Shown piece after piece: positions 25,072 to 33,300 of a stretch of DNA of 52,140 nt. Location of the stretch: positions 94,509 to 146,648 of the IMG/VR virus record IMGVR_UViG_3300023181_000001; one strand, written 5' to 3'. The DNA comes from a virus (taxonomy: Duplodnaviria > Heunggongvirae > Uroviricota > Caudoviricetes). The notes below the pieces were generated by a model. That model searched no databases, was not told the origin of the DNA, and saw only the letters and a list, made by a program, of their open reading frames with translations. The translations under genes were made by a program, and so were the position numbers. Each line of letters begins with the position of its first letter. Position 1 is the first letter of the stretch.

Positions 25072-26013
25072 TTATTGTTTTAAGTTTTTGAATATATGGG
25101 CTATGACATCTACTGTCCAACCGTTACCGAGCATTTTATATCTTTGTGTGTCACTTACTGAATCGGTGTAGTTATCAGGGACTGTTTGTAACCGTTCACA
25201 TTCTTTAGGTGTAAATTTTCTATATGGTTGACCTATTTCAATCATATTTTTGGGAGTGACGTTTTTCCCTGTGCCGTGCGCTAATTCTGTGGTTAAGCAA
25301 GCTGATTTACCTGTTGCTTGATAATTCTTGGCATATTTTAATTGAGTAATTATAGTCTCCTTAGATAAATAGTATTTTAAGTCCACTATTAAGCCAAACT
25401 TACTTCTTTTTAACATACTTTTTACATTTTCCTTATGTATAGTTGAAAGTATTGTTTGGCTTTTCTCTTTTAGGGCACTACCTGTCTCTAATATATCATT
25501 TACAAAAATTCCTTTATCTTCAGGTTGGTCTACGTTTGGAATGTTTGTCCAGTATAATCTCTTTCTATTTTGTGCCGATAATAAGCTACTATTAATCTCA
25601 ATAGGTTCTATACCTAAATATTTAGAGATTATATCTTGAGACTCTTTTTTCATTTTCACATTCTCTAAGAGAAATTTTACATTAGGATTGACAACTTTAA
25701 TTTCGTCTAAAATCCTAACGTATTCAAAAAATAACTTACTTCTTTCGTCTTCAAAATTTAATTGCTTACCTGCAAAACTAAAGCCTTGACACGGACTTCC
25801 ACCGATTATTAAATCAATTTTTTGCTCTGACCAATTAATATTTTTAAGTTCTGTAACTGAGCCTAGTTGAATAATGTTAGAATAGTTTGCTTGTGATACC
25901 CTAATTGCATACTTATCAATTTCAGAAGCATAATAACTATCAACTTTTATTTTGGCTCTTTCTAAAGCAATCATTCCGCAAGACATCCCATCAAACAATG
26001 ATAATACGTTCAT
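25072..26013 (-). CDS. C5 DNA cytosine methyltransferase
   Basis: Motif I LSLFDGMSCG, IV GGSPCQGFS, VI LLENV, VIII QNRKRLYW, IX TPKECERLQT, X LGNGWTVDVI. Confidence 0.93.
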   Translation of the reverse strand: MNVLSLFDGMSCGMIALERAKIKVDSYYASEIDKYAIRVSQANYSNIIQLGSVTELKNINWSEQKIDLIIGGSPCQGFSFAGKQLNFEDERSKLFFEYVRILDEIKVVNPNVKFLLENVKMKKESQDIISKYLGIEPIEINSSLLSAQNRKRLYWTNIPNVDQPEDKGIFVNDILETGSALKEKSQTILSTIHKENVKSMLKRSKFGLIVDLKYYLSKETIITQLKYAKNYQATGKSACLTTELAHGTGKNVTPKNMIEIGQPYRKFTPKECERLQTVPDNYTDSVSDTQRYKMLGNGWTVDVIAHIFKNLKQ

Positions 26014-26029
26014 ATTTATATATTTTCAG

Positions 26030-26037
26030 CAAAAATA
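26030..26037 (-). promoter_or_regulatory. putative -7 element TATTTTTG for the methyltransferase
   Basis: TAnnTTTGC match in a 34-nt gap. Confidence 0.55.
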
Positions 26038-26047
26038 GAAAAATTAA

Positions 26048-28345
26048 TTAACAATCAAAACTTTCTTTTAATATATTTTTTGCTTTTGTGGAATCTTTAA
26101 CATTTGAATTGTCTGACATACTTGCTTTCAAGTCAAAGTCATATTCATTGAATTGTGGTTTTGGATTTCCAAAGGTGTTATATTGCGACTTGTTTACCAT
26201 TTGTCTTTTAAATAAACTTTTGCCGTTTTGGGTGAATACATTTTCCCAAAAACTTCCATCTTGTCTTTTAGTAAATCTATCTTGGCTATCCGATATTAAG
26301 GTTTCTGAATCTACTATTGTGGGACTTTGCATCAGAGGTGCCGTTTGTGGGTTGTTCACGTAAAAATCTCTTTCTTTTTGAGAGATGTCTGGATTCTCAT
26401 CTAAAGTAGTTTGATTTAGATTTGGCATTTGTTTTGATATCAAAGAGTATTGTCTTAAATTTTCATCAGCTAACTCTTCTACTGTTGAAAGTGTTAAATC
26501 ATCTGTATACTTTAAATTTATCCCTTGCTCATTAATTTCAAAGTTTGAATAGAAATTGAGCCACATTGGAGAATTCTTTTTCTTTTCTCTTAGGGATTTT
26601 ATATTGAATTCTGCCACGAAATCATTTGTAAGGTATTCGTAGTTTCCTGTGAAAGCAGTTTCATTTATACCCTCACTAATTCCCTCATTTAAACCATCAA
26701 ATCCTAAAATAGTTTTAAATAAATTTATTTTTTCTGCTGTTTCTCTTTCGGATGATTCTATTCTCAGAGCCTGTCTTTGGTTTTCTTGTCGTGTTAGGTT
26801 TGCGTTGTAATAGGAAGCAATATCGTAAAGCTCTTCTAAAGTTTTATCATTAACTTGAACATAAACGTTTTCCGCTTTTTTTATCGCCCCGATTTGATTG
26901 AAAACTTCACCCTCACTCAAAGCTGTTCTTAGATATATGTAATCTCTGTCATCAGGCTGTTTTATTGCTTTTGTTTCTTGGATTTGGCTTGGAAAGAATT
27001 CTGAATAAAGCTTAGAAAATGTTGCTAAATTCTCCTGTACAGGATTTTCCATAACGCCTCCTAAAGCATTTAAGAAAGGTTTCAGAGTTGGATTATCTGC
27101 TTGGTCTTTTATACCTATTACATCTATTCCCATTTTCAAGGCTTCGTTTTCGATATTGCTCAAAGTCCTGTAAGTTTCTTGCGGATTTTCTAGAAGAGTT
27201 TCGTCTGAGATATTTGTAATCTTAACGATTGCAGAAACTGCTTTGTAAGGATTTTCTAAAATTGTAGCAGAAATTGCCAAACGGTCTCCTAAATTAGGTT
27301 CTACTATCGAACCGTCTATATCTGCTAAAACTCTTGCTTTTACAAATGATTGTGCTTCTTCTAAAGTTATAAAAGGATTTTCTTGAAACATGTCTTCCTC
27401 CACGCCAGCAATTTCCTCCATCAAATCTTGTTTTAGATGGTTTGGGTTTTCGTAAAGAGCTTTTCCAAACTTTCCTATGGTGTTTGATTTTACTAACTGT
27501 TGTTGCGGTATCTCTTGTTCTGTGACTATATCAAATTCCGTATTTTGAAATGCTTCTAAACTTTCTTTTATTTGATTTTGTAGGCTCGGTGATTTCAAGA
27601 TTCTATCAATTTCATATTGCGAATATAGAGATTGCATTTTTTGTGGAACTATTGTAAAAAAGTTTTCTTGGTCATAAAATACTTTGTTCATCTCCGCTTT
27701 TAAATCTCCTTGAAATCCTAAAGATAAGTTTTTAAGTTCTATTCTTTCCTCTGTGTCAAGTTCCCTTTGTGTGCGGTTTTGATTCCTCAGGAATTCCAAA
27801 ACGCTTTGCATTGAGGGTTCGCCGTTTGGATAGCTGTTTTGGAGTAGGAACTGATATCTGCCGTCTGGTGTCTGCTCGGCAAGATTATCCCTTACAAGAG
27901 ATTCCCAAACATTCAAATCATCTTGACTTGAAGCATTATCACTTTTTAGTTGTACTCCTCTTTGAAATAAATCTTTAGCCACTTGCCTGTAAAGACTCTT
28001 TCCATATCCTTTGCCCTTGAAAGTGTCATAAATAGTTATCATATCTACCCTGTCCCCTTTTATTCTGAGAGTTCCAATCCTTTTTCCTCTGATTGTCGGA
28101 ATATAGGAGATTGAGTTTCCATTTATTTGCCTAGAAAGTCTTACATCAGTTTGGTTCACTGAATATAATAAGGCATTCTTGGCTCTGTTTACAGTTTCAA
28201 AAGCCTCTGATTTAGAAGCCTTATAGATTTCTAAAGCTTCTTCTTGGGTGAATTTTTCTTTCAGTTCCTGGAAAAGCAATGACGGAGTATTTTGATCCGT
28301 CACTACCGTTACCTGTCCATTTTCTCTTATTATATTACAGCTCAC
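26048..28345 (-). CDS. cargo/polyvalent protein (765 aa, GTG start) with MxC N-terminal domain and GNAT acetyltransferase domain
   Basis: N-terminus aligns with the 1852-aa protein; GNAT motif A FKGKGYGKSLY; ends in Cys. Confidence 0.7.
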   Translation of the reverse strand: MSCNIIRENGQVTVVTDQNTPSLLFQELKEKFTQEEALEIYKASKSEAFETVNRAKNALLYSVNQTDVRLSRQINGNSISYIPTIRGKRIGTLRIKGDRVDMITIYDTFKGKGYGKSLYRQVAKDLFQRGVQLKSDNASSQDDLNVWESLVRDNLAEQTPDGRYQFLLQNSYPNGEPSMQSVLEFLRNQNRTQRELDTEERIELKNLSLGFQGDLKAEMNKVFYDQENFFTIVPQKMQSLYSQYEIDRILKSPSLQNQIKESLEAFQNTEFDIVTEQEIPQQQLVKSNTIGKFGKALYENPNHLKQDLMEEIAGVEEDMFQENPFITLEEAQSFVKARVLADIDGSIVEPNLGDRLAISATILENPYKAVSAIVKITNISDETLLENPQETYRTLSNIENEALKMGIDVIGIKDQADNPTLKPFLNALGGVMENPVQENLATFSKLYSEFFPSQIQETKAIKQPDDRDYIYLRTALSEGEVFNQIGAIKKAENVYVQVNDKTLEELYDIASYYNANLTRQENQRQALRIESSERETAEKINLFKTILGFDGLNEGISEGINETAFTGNYEYLTNDFVAEFNIKSLREKKKNSPMWLNFYSNFEINEQGINLKYTDDLTLSTVEELADENLRQYSLISKQMPNLNQTTLDENPDISQKERDFYVNNPQTAPLMQSPTIVDSETLISDSQDRFTKRQDGSFWENVFTQNGKSLFKRQMVNKSQYNTFGNPKPQFNEYDFDLKASMSDNSNVKDSTKAKNILKESFDC

Positions 28346-28712
28346 TATTTTTATTTATTTCAATTGCTTTATTGGCTCCGTATAAACCTTCTTGTAATAT
28401 TTTATTTAGGTTTTCTATCCTCGATTCATAAAAATTCTTAGTATGCGCAGTTACCATCTCTAATAAATATTTAAAATCATCGCCAGTATAAGTACTATAA
28501 TAACCTATCTCACCTAGTCTCATATCTATTATTCCTGTCGGTTCCGTAAAAGAATTTGCTATTTCCACACATATTGAAATTGCGCCATCTACTATATTTA
28601 TACTGTATTCACTATTAGCAACTATTAATTCAAACCCACCTTTTTTAGTTCTCAATTTTTTAAGCACCAAAAGAACTTTCGCTTTTTCCTCTTTTCGTCT
28701 TTTTAAATTCAT
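28335..28712 (-). CDS. hypothetical protein (inserted island)
   Basis: Co-oriented ORF overlapping the 765-aa start by 11 nt. Confidence 0.55.
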   Translation of the reverse strand: MNLKRRKEEKAKVLLVLKKLRTKKGGFELIVANSEYSINIVDGAISICVEIANSFTEPTGIIDMRLGEIGYYSTYTGDDFKYLLEMVTAHTKNFYESRIENLNKILQEGLYGANKAIEINKNSEL

Positions 28713-28747
28713 CTTATATTTTTATTCATGTAATTTTTGATCCATTT

Positions 28748-28960
28748 TTATTTTTTCTTTAATAGTTTCAAGGCTACTTCTGATTCTTTTTCAAACTCAT
28801 CTTTCAAACTCAATTCTAAATCTATTTGTTTCTTGTGGATACGAGATATTTCTTTTATATCACCCTTACCATCTTCGAGCCAATTTTTAACTAGCTTCGT
28901 ACATTCTTTTTCAGAGTCTATACAATCTTGTAAGTTTTGTGGAATTTTATAATTAATCAT
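28748..28960 (-). CDS. hypothetical protein (inserted island)
   Basis: Co-oriented ORF. Confidence 0.55.
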   Translation of the reverse strand: MINYKIPQNLQDCIDSEKECTKLVKNWLEDGKGDIKEISRIHKKQIDLELSLKDEFEKESEVALKLLKKK

Positions 28961-28974
28961 TTTTTTTCTATTAG

Positions 28975-29343
28975 TTAGTAAGTTGCGTAAAAATCTTCTT
29001 TATCTATTACTATGGCGACCTCGCCTGCCTTAAAGTCTTTAAAATCTAAACTCCATATTTTATCTATGACTTGTTTTAATGCTTTTTCGGTTATTCCGTA
29101 ATTGTGGTTAATTATAAAAGTCATTAATGTTGACCTTAATTCCTCATCTAAAATATTATCTCCTACAAAATGAACTCTTTTGCACGTCTTGTCTGCTTCA
29201 TATATTGATATAAATTCTATCAGGGGTACTGTACTCCTTTTATTTATTTCTTTTTTATGCCAGTTTTTACATTCAACAGATTCTAAGATACAACCAGCTT
29301 CAGTATATTTTATTGGTGAGTATTTTTCTAAAAAGTCATTCAT
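28975..29343 (-). CDS. hypothetical protein (inserted island)
   Basis: Co-oriented ORF with 4-nt overlap. Confidence 0.6.
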   Translation of the reverse strand: MNDFLEKYSPIKYTEAGCILESVECKNWHKKEINKRSTVPLIEFISIYEADKTCKRVHFVGDNILDEELRSTLMTFIINHNYGITEKALKQVIDKIWSLDFKDFKAGEVAIVIDKEDFYATY

Positions 29344-29603
29344 AGTTTTTGCCCTGGTTGTAGTGTAAATCTATACGTCAATTCCCCTTTTTCTTGTGCC
29401 TCTTTCATGCCTTTGTATAAATCTGTTGATTTGTCCATAGACTCCAAATTCTGAATTTCTACACCTGCTGTTACTAATACTTTTAAGTTATAGAAATTAT
29501 TCAAACCTACCTCTTCTAATAATTTTCTTACTTCTTCTTCTGTATAAAGCCTAGTTGGTAAAAGTACAGGGATTATATGATTTGGATATTTTTCTTTTTT
29601 CAT
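29340..29603 (-). CDS. hypothetical protein (inserted island)
   Basis: Co-oriented ORF. Confidence 0.6.
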   Translation of the reverse strand: MKKEKYPNHIIPVLLPTRLYTEEEVRKLLEEVGLNNFYNLKVLVTAGVEIQNLESMDKSTDLYKGMKEAQEKGELTYRFTLQPGQKL

Positions 29604-29604
29604 A

Positions 29605-30279
29605 TTATTGTGATAATGGCATTCCTGTTAGTAAATATTCTCCTTTTAATACGGACTCCTTTTGTTGTTTATCGTAGATATCAAAAATAATTACATCTCC
29701 GTTTTCTTCTACTCTTGTAACTATATAAGTGATCCCATCTTGTTCAAGGGTGCAGTTTGACTTTAAATATTCTGTTGCTTTTTCTAAATTAAGATGTTGT
29801 TTTACATACTTTTCAGTAATATTATTATCTAATTCCTCATATGTTACCCTAGTTTGTTCCAATTGTTTATATTCTTCGCTTTTGGAATCCAATAGTGACA
29901 TTGCAGTCGTCAAACCGCTTATATTCCCTTGATAAAACATACTTTTATCATTATCTTTGTAGGAATAAATGACTTTAACAGAATTCATAGGAAGTTTTCT
30001 TAAATAGTCTTCTGTTACTCTTCCGCTCAGTGCTAAATAGTAGTTTTCCAATTCTTGTAAATCCTCCATATCCGCAATGTCTTTATTTATCCACCCTTCT
30101 GGAAATTCTTGCAGACCTGTGATTGGGAACCAAGTTAAAGTATTATTTAGTTTCTCTCTTATGTTACGATTCTCAACATGATCCTGATTTTTGCAGGCAA
30201 TAGAATAAAAATTTTTAAATTCCTTAAAATCTTCTAATCGTGTTAAATCTAATTTTTCAATTCTACTTTTAAAATTCAT
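29605..30279 (-). CDS. hypothetical protein, first gene of the inserted island
   Basis: 224-aa ORF downstream of its own TATATTTG element. Confidence 0.7.
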   Translation of the reverse strand: MNFKSRIEKLDLTRLEDFKEFKNFYSIACKNQDHVENRNIREKLNNTLTWFPITGLQEFPEGWINKDIADMEDLQELENYYLALSGRVTEDYLRKLPMNSVKVIYSYKDNDKSMFYQGNISGLTTAMSLLDSKSEEYKQLEQTRVTYEELDNNITEKYVKQHLNLEKATEYLKSNCTLEQDGITYIVTRVEENGDVIIFDIYDKQQKESVLKGEYLLTGMPLSQ

Positions 30280-30297
30280 TTTTATATAATTTAATGG

Positions 30298-30335
30298 TAG
30301 GAAGCAAATATAATCTAAATATACTTAACTTCCTA
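30298..30335 (-). promoter_or_regulatory. 15-bp hairpin whose 3' arm contains a -7 element (TATATTTG, 30305-30312)
   Basis: TAGGAAG(T)TAAGTATA-loop TTTAGAT-TATATTTGCTTCCTA. Confidence 0.6.
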
Positions 30336-30340
30336 ATATT

Positions 30341-33300
30341 TTAACATTTAGTGTTGTTATTGCCTGATTTCAGAATATCTTCTTTAGGTTTTACTTGTTT
30401 GTTGATGTTATCTAAAATACCGAAAAGAATCTTAATCCTTTCAATCTTATCGTTTCCTACAGCATCCCTCAAAATCTTATTTTTAGAGAAATCCACTTTG
30501 AAAGCTTCTCTTAAAATTCGTATGTTGTGAAGTTTATCAAGGTGCGAATTACTTTCCAGCATACTTTCTTCGTCAAAAGCATCCGTATAGGAATTTTCTA
30601 TGATATCTCCTTTGGAATTTACATAAGTTGTGGAAGCATTTCTTATGAAGTCATTATAAAGGTCTTTTGCTAAAGTATCTAATTCATTTTCCACCGAAGT
30701 TTTGACATCTGATGTATCAAAGGTTGCTTCTTGATTGAAAAGCATATTTTGAATATCTATTCTTACTTTTGGAGCATTGATTACCTGTTCTAGATTATCT
30801 GCGTCAATATACATTTGAGCGTCAACTAAGAGATTTGCTTTATTATAATCTTGTGAGGCTATTTCATCTGCTGTTGTGAAAATTAAATGTTCTTGAAAAA
30901 CTGTTCTGATTCTTTCAAGATTTTCATCTGTAACTTCTTGCGGTAATATCTTCTCGGTTCTGACTCCCTCTTGGTTAATCAGGGCGTTTAAATTCTTTGC
31001 AATCTCTATCGGACTTGTTGCTGTCTCTAAAGCATTCTCCACCATATCTAATCCTCTCTGACCTAAAGGCGACTTATTCAAAAATATTGGTAAAGCTACG
31101 TAATTTTCGCCTCTTTTTACAACCACCAAGGGCATTTTTCTTTGAGGGTATTTTCTTGAAATTTTAGATACGTAAGAAGTATTTACTTGTGGTAGGTCTT
31201 CTGATGTTACGATTTCGCCATTTAAAATATATCCTTTAGTCAAAACTTTATCCAATGAAGTTTCTGTAAACGGTCTTGATTCTAACTGCCCGTCTTCTGA
31301 AATGAAAAATTGAGGACTCCCTAAAAATACTGCCGAAACTGTAGAAGTTGCTTCCAAATCTACTTCATAGCTGTCTTGGATAGCTAATTCAAAAGCTTTT
31401 TCTCTTAGAAGCTTGAAATTATCAGGTGATGCGCCTCTTTCTCCTTTTAAGGTAGAAATTCTCTTACCTTTAGATACTAAATAAATTTTAATACCGTCTG
31501 TTAAAGCTTTTCGATTTTCTTCATTAGGGGATTTCTTGTATTTATCTAGAAGCTGTTTTGTATAGCTGTCCTGCCTATCAATTTCAAATCTTATAGGTGC
31601 GCCTTGTTCAAGATTATAAATTTCATCTGCTTGAATATCTTCAAAAAAGTCTGAAGGTTTCTTTACATACTCTGAACCATTAAAATAGTATAAATCAGCA
31701 TATGTCCAGCTTGTAGAGGCACTCCTCACCACCAAAAGAGGGATGTTATCAAATGCTTCACTCCTCATTTTCAAGATGTTTCCTGGCTCTATTGAAAACA
31801 TTAATCCGCTTTCTGTCGTAACTATATCGCCTATTGCGATTTGCGATATGTCAATAGGTTTGTCTTTTCTTGTAGCTTGGAAAGGCTCCCCTATGATATT
31901 TACCAGAGATTGTGCTGATATGTGATGCAAAGTCACAGAGCCGTCTTTATTTCTCTTTATTGTAGCATTTCCTGTGACATTTTGCGCCAGAGTATAATCA
32001 TCAAGTTTTTCTCCTGCTTGGGATTCTTGAGTCATAGCATAGGAATCATCTTCTGTGATTTCAGTTATGGTTTCTTGCTCTGAAATATTCTGCTGTTGCT
32101 GTTGAATCAATTCTGCAAGGTCAGCCATTGTCAGTCCTTCCTCATTTATGAAACTGTCTAAAACTTTCCAATTTGATAGTTTTTCTCTTAGTAGTTCTAA
32201 TCTATCTACGTTTACTACCGAAGGTTGGGTAAAAATTTCTACAAGTCTTGGATTTGCAGTTAATGTTCCTTTTTGGTCTAAATCGATAGTTACTAGTTCC
32301 CCTTCAATTGAAGTAACCGTTCCTCGGTCGGTCAGAGTACTTACCCTTTGGCCTACTATTAATTCAGAAGAGTTTTCCACTTCTCTTCTTTTCGGACTTC
32401 TCTGTCTTAAAAGATTTCTTTCTTCCTCTGTTAGCGATTCTAAAGCTAGTCTTTCTGCTTCTGATTCACTGTTTCCATTGGCTAAAAGTGTTTCATATAA
32501 GTTGTCAAGTTTTTGATAGAGTGTTGCTTTTTCTCCCGTTTCTCCTCTTAATAGATTTTGATACTCTTCTACTTCTGCTTGTGTTGGTTTTTCTAAAAGA
32601 AACTCATCTGTTGAAGTTCCAATAAAAGTCAAGGAGTTATTAGACCTAGAAACTAAATTAGCAAGTCTTTCTCTTAAGTATTGAAGTTTAGTTTTAGCTG
32701 TTGGTAAAGGTACAACTGGAAGCATAGGTTCTCTTTTCATAAAAGTATCTATCTCCGTCTTATTTTCGTTGTAGTACGTTTGCTCCTCCTCTGATAAAGT
32801 ATCTCCTCTTCTTCTCTTATCTACTATAGATTCGTTTGAAATAACAGTAGTTCTATTGTTAATTTTAGTTAACTCATTTAAAGCATCTACAGCTTGTTTT
32901 GAGTAATTTCCTAAAATTTCTGACAGCCATTCTTTTGTTGCCGAGTCTAAGTTTTTGTTCTTTTTTAAGACTTTGCGTCCAACTAAAGTATTGATGTTAT
33001 CAATGTTTACTTTTCCATCCCTAAAAGCTAATACAGTTGATTGATAAGCTCCAAATGTTTTTCTAGAGTTCTTGTACTCTTCTAAAATTGCTTCAAGTCT
33101 GGCAGAATTTTCAGGATTAGAAGCTTTTATAGCATCCATTACAGACCCTAAATTTTTAGTATTTGAATCAAGATTTTTTAAGTCCTCTACGCTGATATTC
33201 TGAATATCTAAACCTTGATTTAGGTTTACGCCTGTAGTCTGTTCTAGAGTTTTGTTATTTAGATTTACTTCATCTGCAAGTTGCTGTAATTCTGTGTTAT

